From the NCBI GenBank assembly GCA_024688225.1, contig JAILEI010000065.1:1-51507 (forward strand): DNA of 51,507 nt, written 5' to 3'. This DNA comes from Succinivibrionaceae bacterium. GTDB taxonomy: Bacteria; Pseudomonadota; Gammaproteobacteria; Enterobacterales; Succinivibrionaceae. A program made the translations under genes and the position numbers. Shown one piece after another: positions 1-8,561 of the stretch (position 1 is its first letter; each line of letters begins with the position of its first letter). The notes under the pieces were generated by a model that ran no database searches, was not told the origin of the DNA, and saw only the letters and a program-made list of their open reading frames with translations.

Positions 1-1451
1 CGGCTGAGGAGGCTGCCGCGCGGAAGGCAGCCGAGGAGGCTGCGGCGAAGCAGGCGGCAGAGGAAGCTGCCGCGCGGAAGGCGGCTGAGGAGGCTGCGGC
101 GCGGAAGGCGGCAGAGGAAGCTGCGGCGAAGAAGGCAGCCGAGGAAGCGGCGAAAAAGGCGGCAGAGGAAGCTGCGGCGAGGAAGGCAGCTGAGGAAGCG
201 GCGAAAAAGGCGGCCGAGGAGGCTGCGGCGAAGCAGGCGGCCGAGGAAGCTGCCGCGAAGAAGGCAGCGCAGGCTGCAGCCCGCAAGGCTGCCCGGGAGG
301 CGGCAGCCAAGAAAGCGGCCGAGGAAGCTGCGGCCAAGAAGGCCGCCAAGGAAGCGGCCCGCAAGGCCGCTGCAGAGAAGGCGGCAGCGGAGGCAGAGGC
401 GAAGCGAGTTGCCGAGGAAGCTGCCCAAAAACAGGCTGCTGAAGAGGAGGCGGCCCGGAAAGCCGCTGAGGAGGCTGCCCAAAGGCAGGCTGAGGAAGAG
501 CGGGCCAAGGCCAAGAAAACCCAGGACAAGCCCCACCGCCCCTCCTTCTTTGAGCGCCTCAAGAAGACCCGTGACAACCTGGCCGCGGGCTTTAGCGCCT
601 TGTTGCGTGGCGGCAAGATTGACGAGGATCTTTACGAGGAGCTGGAGACCGCGCTGCTGACTGCGGATCTGGGTGTGGAAACCACCGAGAAGGTTATCGA
701 GAGGCTGCGCGAGGAATCCCACCTCTATGAGCTGGCGGATGCCGCGGCCCTCAAGGCCAACCTGCGCAAGATCCTGGTGGAGATTGTCCGTCCCTGTGCC
801 GTGCCCTTGGTGCCGAGGCGCGAGGAGGGACCCTTTGTCATCCTCATGGTGGGGGTGAACGGGGCCGGCAAGACCACCACCATCGGCAAGCTTGCCCAGC
901 AGTACCAGGGGCAGGGCCTCAAGGTGATGCTGGCCGCGGGGGATACCTTCCGCGCTGCCGCCGTCTCGCAGCTTGAGGAATGGGGTGCCCGCATCGGGGT
1001 GCCGGTCATCGCCCAGGCCACGGGCTCGGACAGCGCCTCGGTGCTCTATGATGCGCTGCAGGCCGCGACCGCCCGGCATTACGACGTGCTGATCTGTGAC
1101 ACCGCCGGGCGCCTGCAGAACAAGGATCACCTCATGGAGGAGCTGCGCAAGATCGTGAGGGTGATGGGCAAGCAGGGCAGCGGGGCGCCCCATGAGGTGA
1201 TGATGGTGCTGGACGCCGCGACTGGGCAGAACGCAGTCTCGCAGGTGCGCATCTTCAGCCAGGCGGTCAGCCTGTCCGGCCTGGTGGTTAGCAAGCTGGA
1301 CGGCTCGGCCAAGGGCGGCATTGTCTTTGCCCTCTCCGATGAGTTCAAGCTGCCGATCCGCTACGTGGGCATTGGCGAGGGGGTGGACGACCTGCGCGAG
1401 TTTGACGCCGGGGCCTTTGTGGATGCCCTGTTTGAAGCCGATCATGAGTGA
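1..1451 (+). CDS. ftsY: Signal recognition particle receptor FtsY (5'-partial, open from nt 3 to the left edge)
   Basis: The frame of nt 3 is open through to TGA at 1449-1451. The C-terminal NG domain carries GVNGAGKTTTIGKL, DTAGR and SKLDGSAKGG motifs. Upstream ...FFERLKKTRDNLAAGF... matches the FtsY A/N junction. The ORF-track start at 600 (TTG) is only an internal codon. Confidence 0.95.
   Translation, partial: AEEAAARKAAEEAAAKQAAEEAAARKAAEEAAARKAAEEAAAKKAAEEAAKKAAEEAAARKAAEEAAKKAAEEAAAKQAAEEAAAKKAAQAAARKAAREAAAKKAAEEAAAKKAAKEAARKAAAEKAAAEAEAKRVAEEAAQKQAAEEEAARKAAEEAAQRQAEEERAKAKKTQDKPHRPSFFERLKKTRDNLAAGFSALLRGGKIDEDLYEELETALLTADLGVETTEKVIERLREESHLYELADAAALKANLRKILVEIVRPCAVPLVPRREEGPFVILMVGVNGAGKTTTIGKLAQQYQGQGLKVMLAAGDTFRAAAVSQLEEWGARIGVPVIAQATGSDSASVLYDALQAATARHYDVLICDTAGRLQNKDHLMEELRKIVRVMGKQGSGAPHEVMMVLDAATGQNAVSQVRIFSQAVSLSGLVVSKLDGSAKGGIVFALSDEFKLPIRYVGIGEGVDDLREFDAGAFVDALFEADHE
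3..500 (+). repeat. In-frame tandem repeat of about 27 nt (9 aa, AEEAAA[KR][KQ]A; some 8-aa units), about 18 copies, encoding the FtsY N-terminal A-domain
   Basis: Direct reading of the frame gives AEEAAARKA AEEAAAKQA AEEAAARKA AEEAAARKA AEEAAAKKA AEEAAKKA ... The repeat continues off the left edge. Confidence 0.9.
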
Positions 1452-2337
1452 CAGCGCGGCGACTGACGCAACCCAGGGGGAGGCCTCCCCGGGCATGATG
1501 CTGGCCCCGGTGGGCAGCATCGAGAGCTATGTGAAGACCGTCAACCGGGTGCCGATGCTCGACGCCGACGACGAGCTGGCGCTGGCGCGACGCCTTCGGG
1601 ACTACAACGATCTTGATGCGGCGCGCCGCCTCGTCATGTCCCACCTGCGCCTGGTGGTGAGCGTGGCCCGCGGCTACTCAGGCTATGGGCTGCCGCTCTC
1701 CGACCTGGTGCAGGAGGGCAACATCGGCCTCATGAAGGCGGTCAAGCACTTTGACCCGGAGGTGGGGGTGCGCCTGGCGGCCTTTGCCGTGCACTGGATT
1801 AAGGCGGAGATCCATGACTACGTGATCAAGAACTGGCGCGTGGTCAAGATTGCCACCACCAAGGCCCAGCGCAAGCTGTTCTTCAAGCTGCGCCAGAGCA
1901 AGTCCCACCTCGGGTGGTTCTCCGACGAGGAGCGGCGGATGGTGGCCGACGACCTGGGGGTGACCTCCCGAGATGTCGCGGAGATGGAGACCCGCCTCTC
2001 CGGGCAGGACATCGGCTTTGATCCCGATGTCGACGCCGATGAGGACTCCTCCTTTGCCCCCTCGGCCTACCTCGAGGACAAGGGCTCGGACTTTGCGCAC
2101 AACTTTGAGGTCCGGGACTTCGAGCACCATGAGCACGTGCGCCTGGCGCAGGCGCTGGAGGCCCTCGATGACCGCAGCCGCGACATCGTCAGGCGCCGCT
2201 GGCTCACCGAGCCCAAGGCCACGCTGCAGGAGCTCTCCTCCCAGTACAAGGTCTCGGTGGAGCGCATCCGCCAGATTGAGAGCTCCGCCCTCGCCAAGAT
2301 TAAGGCCCACATGCAGGGGCAGACCATCGACCGCTAG
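1444..2337 (+). CDS. rpoH: RNA polymerase sigma-32 (heat-shock sigma factor RpoH)
   Basis: Contains GLPLSDLVQEGNIGLMKAVKHFDPEVGVRLAAFAVHWIKAEIHDYV and the RpoH box TTKAQRKLFFKLRQSK. ATG 1444 overlaps the ftsY stop (ATGA). Alternative starts are ATG 1495 and 1498 (MMLAPVGSIESYV). The ORF-track start at 1321 lies inside ftsY and is rejected. Confidence 0.93.
   Translation: MSDSAATDATQGEASPGMMLAPVGSIESYVKTVNRVPMLDADDELALARRLRDYNDLDAARRLVMSHLRLVVSVARGYSGYGLPLSDLVQEGNIGLMKAVKHFDPEVGVRLAAFAVHWIKAEIHDYVIKNWRVVKIATTKAQRKLFFKLRQSKSHLGWFSDEERRMVADDLGVTSRDVAEMETRLSGQDIGFDPDVDADEDSSFAPSAYLEDKGSDFAHNFEVRDFEHHEHVRLAQALEALDDRSRDIVRRRWLTEPKATLQELSSQYKVSVERIRQIESSALAKIKAHMQGQTIDR
1477..1490 (+). promoter_or_regulatory. 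Perfect 14-nt palindrome GGGGAGGCCTCCCC containing an SD-like GGAGG, just upstream of the alternative rpoH ATG at 1495
   Basis: Read directly: ggggagg/cctcccc. It could fold as a 5-bp stem with a GGCC loop. A regulatory role is inference only. Confidence 0.3.
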
Positions 2338-2359
2338 CGGCCCTTTGCCCAGAACAAAG

Positions 2360-2383
2360 AAGGGGGATCAAATGATCCCCCTT
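2360..2383. terminator. Hairpin between convergent rpoH and the dehydrogenase gene (AAGGGGGATC-AAAT-GATCCCCCTT)
   Basis: A 10-bp perfect inverted repeat with a 4-nt loop sits in the 73-nt convergent gap. The U-tract is weak (TTTGTT on the minus side). Confidence 0.55.
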
Positions 2384-2410
2384 GGTGTCTCTATCTCAAC
2401 TGGTTGGCGG

Positions 2411-3448
2411 CTAGAAGTAGATCTGCACCTTCATGGTGGCCGGCGACAGGGCGGACTCCATGGCCTTCTGGCACTCCTCGGCCTTGAACTTGGCGCTCAG
2501 CAGCGGCAGCGGGTCAACGATGCCGCGCTCGAGGGCGGTCACGGCCGGGCCGAACTCGTCATAGAAGCGGAACACCGCATTCCAGTGCAGGCCCTTGTTG
2601 GCGAAGTTGGCGAGATCCTTGGGCTGGCTGTTGGTGCCAAACATGCCCAGCTGCGAGACGGTGCCCTCCGGGTGGACCATCTTCATGGCGCTGATCGCGG
2701 CAAAGCCGTTGCCGGTGCACTCGAGGGCGACGTCGAAGCGGCCCTTGTGCTCGCACCACTTCTCAATGGTCTCGGGATCATCCTTGGAGTTGCAGGCCTC
2801 ATCGGCACCCATCTTGATGGCGATGTTGAGCGGCTCCTGGCGGATGTCGACCACGGTGATGTGGCCGGCGCCGCAGGCCCGGGCGGCGGCCACGGCGAGG
2901 CAGCCGATCGGGCCCGCGCCCATCACCAGCACGTCCTTGCCCATGATGTCACCGGCGCGGTGCACGCCATTGTAGGCAACGCCCAGCGGCTCGCCGAAGG
3001 CGCCCACCTCCGGGCTCATGCCATGGACCACGTAGCACTGGGCCTGGTGGACCACCACGTGCTCGGCGAACAGGCCCTGGGTGTGGGGGAAGGTGGCGGC
3101 GGAACCGAGGTGGTGCATGTCCTCGCAGTAGGTGTACATGCCCTTCTGGCAGTTATGGCACTTGAAGCAGGGGCGGGCGGGGCGGATCACCACCATGTCG
3201 CCAGCCTTGATGCCCTGCACCGCGGAGCCGACCTCCTCGACGATGCCGCAGCCCTCGTGGCCGATGACGATCGGTTCGCGGACCACGATCTGGGAGCCAA
3301 TGCCGCCCTCGCTGTAGTAGTGCTGGTCAGAGCCGCAGATGCCTGCGTTCTGGATCTTGACCTTGACCTCGTTGGGATCCTTGATCTGGCCCTCAGGAAT
3401 GTCCTCAAAGCGCAGATCGCCCTTTTGGTGCAGCACGCATGCCTTCAT
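2411..3448 (-). CDS. Zn-dependent medium-chain alcohol/polyol dehydrogenase, L-idonate 5-dehydrogenase (IdnD)/sorbitol dehydrogenase-like
   Basis: Contains GICGSDQHYY, GHEGCG, CFKCHNCQKG and GAGPIGCL (Rossmann). The C-terminal FRFYDEFGPAV...DPLPLLSA...KVQIYF resembles E. coli IdnD as I remember it. ATG 3448 is preceded by AGAGAGG. Confidence 0.85.
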   Translation of the reverse strand: MKACVLHQKGDLRFEDIPEGQIKDPNEVKVKIQNAGICGSDQHYYSEGGIGSQIVVREPIVIGHEGCGIVEEVGSAVQGIKAGDMVVIRPARPCFKCHNCQKGMYTYCEDMHHLGSAATFPHTQGLFAEHVVVHQAQCYVVHGMSPEVGAFGEPLGVAYNGVHRAGDIMGKDVLVMGAGPIGCLAVAAARACGAGHITVVDIRQEPLNIAIKMGADEACNSKDDPETIEKWCEHKGRFDVALECTGNGFAAISAMKMVHPEGTVSQLGMFGTNSQPKDLANFANKGLHWNAVFRFYDEFGPAVTALERGIVDPLPLLSAKFKAEECQKAMESALSPATMKVQIYF

Positions 3449-3483
3449 GTCAAAAACCTCTCTTGGTGTGGAACGATGGTCCC

Positions 3484-3489
3484 ATTGTA
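3484..3489 (-). promoter_or_regulatory. Candidate -10 (TACAAT) for the dehydrogenase gene
   Basis: The minus strand reads GCCCTTACAATGGG, 36 nt upstream of ATG 3448. No clear -35. Confidence 0.3.
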
Positions 3490-3575
3490 AGGGCAAAAGT
3501 GGCAGGTGCGCGGGTTTGGCAAAAATATTTTTATTATTTTTGCTAACTGGATCGAAATTTTAAAATTAACTTGTT

Positions 3576-3610
3576 TGTATACAGTATGTTAAAAGATCCT
3601 TGTATACAAG
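3576..3610. promoter_or_regulatory. Twin palindromic operator-like sites: TGTATACA (3576-3583) and CTTGTATACAAG (3599-3610), centres 25 bp apart, in an AT-rich island (3521-3617)
   Basis: Palindromes read directly. They lie in the only strongly AT-rich stretch of the window, upstream of the dehydrogenase gene. Confidence 0.4.
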
Positions 3611-3626
3611 TAAACTTGCACACCAG

Positions 3627-4511
3627 TCAGGCCTGATGGTTGCGGTCCAGGCTGTTGTGGCGGATCTGCACCAGCCGCCCTGAGGCCTGCAGGGCCTCGC
3701 CGAGGCGCTGGGCGATGTAGACGCTGCGGTGGTAGCCGCCGGTGCAGCCGATGGCGATGGTCAGGTAGCTGCGGTGGCTCTGCTCCACGGCGGGCAGCCA
3801 CTTGAGCACCAGGCGCTCGATGTCCTGCTCGTACTCGTCCACCTCTGGGTGGCGCTTGAAGAAGTCCACGATGGGCTGCTCGAGGCCGTTGTAGCCGCGC
3901 AGCTCACTCTCCCAGAAGGGGTTGGGCAGGAAGCGGGTGTCAAAGACCAGGTCGGCGTCCGGGGCAATGCCGTTCTTGAACCCAAAGGACTCCACTACCA
4001 CGATCAGGGCGTGGGTGGGGCTGCGCCGCACCAGGGTGGCAATCTTGCGGTTGAAGTCATGGATGGACATCGCCGAGGTGTCAATCCTGAGGTCGGCGTA
4101 GGCGCTCAGCGAGGAGAGCAGCGAGGCCTCGGCGCGGATGGCCTCGTTGAGCGGCAGGTTGGCGCGCGAGAGCGGGTGGACGCGGCGGGTCTCGGAGTAG
4201 CGCTTGATGAGCACGTCGTCCTGGGCGTCCACGTAGATGACGGTCATGAGGAAGCGCGGATCGTCCTTGATGGCGAGGTAGTGCTTCTCGAGCTGCGCCA
4301 CATGGCGCGGGGTGGGCAGGTTGCGGATGTCGATGGAGACCGCGAGCTTGGGGTAGTCCGCGGTGGCATGCTCGAAGAGGGCTCCGAGCAGCGCGACCGG
4401 CAGGTTGTCGATGCAGTAGAAGCCCAGATCCTCAAGCCCCCGCAGGGCCACGGTCTTGCCCGAGCCCGAGCGCCCGGTGATGATGATGAGCTCAACTGGC
4501 TGCCTGTCCAT
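3627..4511 (-). CDS. rapZ: RNase adapter protein RapZ (YhbJ)
   Basis: N-terminal Walker A ITGRSGSGKTVALRGLEDLGFYCIDNLP and C-terminal IGCTGGYHRSVY. Sits in the canonical position after ptsN. Confidence 0.93.
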   Translation of the reverse strand: MDRQPVELIIITGRSGSGKTVALRGLEDLGFYCIDNLPVALLGALFEHATADYPKLAVSIDIRNLPTPRHVAQLEKHYLAIKDDPRFLMTVIYVDAQDDVLIKRYSETRRVHPLSRANLPLNEAIRAEASLLSSLSAYADLRIDTSAMSIHDFNRKIATLVRRSPTHALIVVVESFGFKNGIAPDADLVFDTRFLPNPFWESELRGYNGLEQPIVDFFKRHPEVDEYEQDIERLVLKWLPAVEQSHRSYLTIAIGCTGGYHRSVYIAQRLGEALQASGRLVQIRHNSLDRNHQA

Positions 4512-4530
4512 GCCTTGATCCTCCTGCCTG

Positions 4531-5034
4531 CTACTCGTGGGGCGCGCCCGCGGTCCCGTCCTGCATGCGCTGGTCGATGACGGCCAGGATCTCCGCCAGC
4601 TTGCCTGGATCGTGCCGGGTGCGCCGCAGCGCCTTTACCAGCTCGGGATCGCCCAGCAGGTGGGAGAGCCGCTCGAGCATGGCCTCGCCGCGGTCCACGG
4701 GATCGCGCGAGGAGAAGAAAAAGGTCAGCGCCACGTCCACGGAGCTGGGCTCGGAGTCAATCAGCCCAAAGGGCACGGGATCCTCGAGGATGCTGAGCAC
4801 CGCGAAGCTCTCATCGATGACCGTGGAGCGCAGGTGGGGCAGGGCCACCCCCTCGGCGATGACCGTTGAGCCCCGCGACTCGCGCAGGTTGAGGGCGCGG
4901 GTGATGTCCTTGAGGGCCATCCCGCTCTTGCCCATGCCGCAGCGCGCGATTTCCTCGAAGAGCCGCTTCTTGCTGAAGCAGACCAGCGGGGAGAGGATGA
5001 GGGTCGGGGGAAGTGAGGTGAAGGTGGCGCCCAT
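4531..5034 (-). CDS. ptsN: Nitrogen-regulatory PTS EIIA-Ntr (PtsN)
   Basis: EIIA(Ntr) fold with the phospho-His context GVALPHLR and N-terminal ...CFSKKRLFEEI, like E. coli CQSKKRALEII. Start ATG 5034 was chosen by alignment and has a weak RBS. Confidence 0.85.
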   Translation of the reverse strand: MGATFTSLPPTLILSPLVCFSKKRLFEEIARCGMGKSGMALKDITRALNLRESRGSTVIAEGVALPHLRSTVIDESFAVLSILEDPVPFGLIDSEPSSVDVALTFFFSSRDPVDRGEAMLERLSHLLGDPELVKALRRTRHDPGKLAEILAVIDQRMQDGTAGAPHE

Positions 5035-5055
5035 GGTGCTGAGCCCAGGGAAAGG

Positions 5056-5078
5056 GGGATCCCCCGGCGGGGGATCCC
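5056..5078 (-). other. Intercistronic hairpin between hpf and ptsN (GGGATCCCCC-GGC-GGGGGATCCC)
   Basis: A 10-bp GC stem with a 3-nt loop in the 58-nt hpf-ptsN gap. It overlaps the self-complementary GGGGGATCCCCC. Confidence 0.4.
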
Positions 5079-5092
5079 GCGGCAGGGTGCCG

Positions 5093-5380
5093 CTATTCCT
5101 GCTTGAGCTTCTCCTTGTACTTGACGAGCTGGCGATCGACCTTGTCAATCAGGGCGTCGATGGCCGGGTACATGCTCTCGGCGGTGGCCTCGGCATGGAG
5201 GGTGCCACCGGCGAGGGAGAGGTCGGCCTTGGCGATGTGGTCGAGCTTGTCCACGGTCAGGGAAACCGTGATCTTGGTGATGAGCTCGCCCTTGCGCTCC
5301 AGCCGCTTGAACTTGTCGTTGACGAAATCGTTCAAGGCATCGGTGACCTTGATGCCCACTCCTTGGATGTTTATCTGCAT
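5093..5380 (-). CDS. hpf: Ribosome hibernation promoting factor (short HPF/YhbH type)
   Basis: 95 aa, MQINIQGVGIKVTDALNDFVNDKFKRLE...; sits in the canonical position after rpoN. Confidence 0.92.
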   Translation of the reverse strand: MQINIQGVGIKVTDALNDFVNDKFKRLERKGELITKITVSLTVDKLDHIAKADLSLAGGTLHAEATAESMYPAIDALIDKVDRQLVKYKEKLKQE

Positions 5381-5531
5381 AGGTGTTCGTCCTTAATCCG
5401 CATTGGCGGTTGTGGATGTCATGCTTGGTTGCGCGGGCCCAGGGCCCGTCTCGACCTAATATAGTATAAATTTTGCGAAAAGGCAGGCCCGGCCCCCAAA
5501 AGTTTGAGCGCGGACAAAAGGTTGCGGCCGG

Positions 5532-7091
5532 CTAGACGAGCTGCTTGCGCTGCGAGGAGGAGGCGATGCCCAGCGACTCGCGGTACTTGGTGACGGTGCG
5601 GCGCGCCACCAGGATGCCCTCCTCCTTGAGCATGTCGGCGATGTGGCTGTCGGAGAAGGGGCGGCGCAGGTTCTCGGTGGAGATGATCTCCTTGATGCGC
5701 GAGCGGATGGCGGTCGAGGAGGCGGTCCCGCCCGAGTCGGTGCCCACGCTGGAGGAGAAGAAGTACTTGAGCTCGAAGGTGCCGCGCGGGGTGTAGATGT
5801 ACTTCTCGGTGGTGACCCTCGAGATGGTCGACTCGTGGCGCTCCACCTCCTCGGCCACGTCATGGAGCACCATGGGGTGCATGAAGGTGGGGCCGCGCTC
5901 GAGGAAGTCGCGCTGGTGGTCAACGATGCACTGCGAGACCCTGAGCAGGGTCTCGTTGCGCATGCCGAGGCTCTGCAGCAGCCAGTTGGCCTCCTGGAGG
6001 TTGTCCTTGAAGAACTGGCGGTCGCGCTCGTTGCTGGCGCGGTTGGCCAGCTGCTGGTACTGGCTGTTGAGGCGCACCTTGGGCAGGGCGTCGGGGTTGA
6101 GCTCCACCCCGTAGCTGCCGTCGCGGCGCCGGTAGGCGATCACGTCGGGGATCACGAAGTCCGACTTCTCGCGCACCACCCCCTCGGCCGGGCGCGGGCG
6201 CAGCGACTTGATGAGCAGCGAGATGTCCCGGAGGGTGTCCTCGGTCACCGACAGTTTGGAGCAGAGGCTGCGGAAGTCATGGCTGGCCAGCAGGCTGAAG
6301 TGCTGCTCGACGGCCTTAAGCGCGAGGTCGCGGTGCGCGGTGCCCGCGGGGAGGTCGCGCAGCTGCAGGAGCAGGTACTCCCTGACGCTGCGCGATCCCA
6401 CCCCCCGCGGGTCGTAGTGCTGGATGAGCTTGAGCACCGCCGCCGCCTCCTCAAGGAGGGTGGTGCCCTGCTCATCCCCCTCGAGGGCCGCGGTGAGATC
6501 GGGGTACTCGGTGCGCAGCGGGGCGATGATCTCCCCCAGGTCAGCGGAGAGGTAGCCAGAGTCGTCGATGCCGTCGATGATGCGCTCGGCCAGCAGGCGG
6601 TCGAGGCCCTCCAGCGGGGAGAGGTTGAGCTGCCACATCAGGTGATCCTGCAGCGACTCGGAGGTCTCGCCCTCGTAGACGCTGTCGTTGCCGACCGCCA
6701 TGCCCTTGCTGCCCACCCCGGCGTACTTCTGGTCATCGAGCGGCGACTCGGGGCGTTGCTCCTCCTCGCGCCGCGGCTCGTTGCCCTCGCCAGTGGGCAG
6801 GGCGTTCTGCATGGTGATGTCGGTCATGTTGACCGAGCTGTCGTTGTCGAAGGGGTTGTAGTCCTCGCCCTGCTGCTCGCGGTCGCGCAGCTCGTCGAGC
6901 GACTCCATCTGCGAGGAGCTCTGGTCGCTGTCGTCAAGGTCGAGGAGGGGGTTGCGGTCCACCGCGAGGCGCAGCTCCTGCTGGAGCTCGATGCTGGAGA
7001 GCTGGAGCAGGCGGATGGCCTGCTGGAGCTGCGGGGTCATGGCCAGGGTCTGCTGCGCGCGGATTTGCAGCGTGTTAGAGATGCCTACCAT
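5532..7091 (-). CDS. rpoN: RNA polymerase sigma-54 (RpoN)
   Basis: N-terminal LAMTPQLQQAIRLLQLSSIELQQEL and the C-terminal RpoN box ARRTVTKYRESLGI. ATG 7091 is preceded by AGGAGG. Confidence 0.95.
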   Translation of the reverse strand: MVGISNTLQIRAQQTLAMTPQLQQAIRLLQLSSIELQQELRLAVDRNPLLDLDDSDQSSSQMESLDELRDREQQGEDYNPFDNDSSVNMTDITMQNALPTGEGNEPRREEEQRPESPLDDQKYAGVGSKGMAVGNDSVYEGETSESLQDHLMWQLNLSPLEGLDRLLAERIIDGIDDSGYLSADLGEIIAPLRTEYPDLTAALEGDEQGTTLLEEAAAVLKLIQHYDPRGVGSRSVREYLLLQLRDLPAGTAHRDLALKAVEQHFSLLASHDFRSLCSKLSVTEDTLRDISLLIKSLRPRPAEGVVREKSDFVIPDVIAYRRRDGSYGVELNPDALPKVRLNSQYQQLANRASNERDRQFFKDNLQEANWLLQSLGMRNETLLRVSQCIVDHQRDFLERGPTFMHPMVLHDVAEEVERHESTISRVTTEKYIYTPRGTFELKYFFSSSVGTDSGGTASSTAIRSRIKEIISTENLRRPFSDSHIADMLKEEGILVARRTVTKYRESLGIASSSQRKQLV

Positions 7092-7196
7092 GTCCAATGA
7101 CCTCCTGTTGCGGGCGCCGGGGATCCTGCCCTCTCCCCCGCCCAAAGGGCTAGGGGCAAGTATAGCCCAACCTCCCGCGGCCCTTGTTGCGCCAGA

Positions 7197-7925
<729 letters not shown>

Positions 7926-7934
7926 GCCGCCCCG

Positions 7935-8561
7935 CTATCCCTGCCTGCCGCCTGGGCCCGCTGTGGCGGGCGCCTTGCTGCCCGGCGCCGCCGCGGGCCC
8001 GGCCTTCGGGGCCGCGGGCTGCTGCTTGCCCTGGCCCTTGTCCTGCCCCTTGTCCTTGCGCATCTCGGCGGGGATGAAGGTGCTCTGCACGCGGTTGCCC
8101 GGGTCAACGGTGTTGGTGGCCTTCATGCGCTCGGTGAGGGTGTTGTAGATGACCCGCTCGCCAGTGAGCCGCGAGCTGCCCTGCCAGATGACGGCCTTGC
8201 CCTGGAGGATGACGTCGTTGCTCTGGGGCAGGTAGGTGATGACCGAGGAGTTGGAGTTGACCACCTTGCCGTCGTCCATGGTCTGCTCGAAGGTGGCGGG
8301 GGCGCCGTAGCCGATGATGGACTTGAGCTCATCGTTCTCGTCGCGCCGCACCTCTACCTTGTCGGCGTGGATGATGATGGATCCCTGGGTGCCGATCACG
8401 TTGCCCTTGAAGATGAGGAGGTTGGCCTTGAGATCCGCCAGCTGCTCGTCGGAGACCACGTGCACCGGCTGCTCGCGGTCGCTCTGCAGCGCCAGGGCCG
8501 TGCCCGGCAGGCACAGCAGCAGCGCAAGGAGACTAGCGTTTTGAAGGGAAGTAAACCGCAT
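7935..8561 (-). CDS. lptA: LPS transport periplasmic protein LptA (with a Lys/Gly/Pro/Ala-rich C-terminal tail)
   Basis: Signal peptide MRFTSLQNASLLALLLCLPGTALA and OstA-like repeats (ADKVEV..., VILQGKAVIWQGSSRLTGERVIY). ATG 8561 overlaps the lptC 3' end by 29 nt. Confidence 0.85.
   Translation of the reverse strand: MRFTSLQNASLLALLLCLPGTALALQSDREQPVHVVSDEQLADLKANLLIFKGNVIGTQGSIIIHADKVEVRRDENDELKSIIGYGAPATFEQTMDDGKVVNSNSSVITYLPQSNDVILQGKAVIWQGSSRLTGERVIYNTLTERMKATNTVDPGNRVQSTFIPAEMRKDKGQDKGQGKQQPAAPKAGPAAAPGSKAPATAGPGGRQG

Noticed and set aside
1-520. Regular ~27-nt repeats that could be mistaken for a CRISPR array or a non-coding minisatellite.
   Set aside because: There are no unique spacers. 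The units are contiguous and in frame, and they continue directly into the FtsY NG domain, so this is a coding repeat. The overlapping ORF 409-660 (Arg/Lys/Pro-rich) is the same repeat read in another frame.
1321-1443. Upstream-extended starts offered by the ORF track: rpoH 1321, rpoN 7145, lptA 8648, kdsC 9752, mlaF 9683, maf 15569, mpl 22298, nfuA 32444, pckA 32429, hslO 38734, coaBC 45025, coaD 47250, yejM-like 47829, and others.
   Set aside because: The extensions overlap neighbouring genes or lack an RBS. The homologous N-termini with a good RBS lie at the downstream ATGs used in the feature table.
3491-3505. Sigma-54-like sequence CTGCCACTTTTGCCC (minus strand) upstream of the dehydrogenase gene.
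   Set aside because: It lacks the GG of the -24 element, and the GG-N10-GC spacing does not fit the TGGCAC-N5-TTGC consensus.
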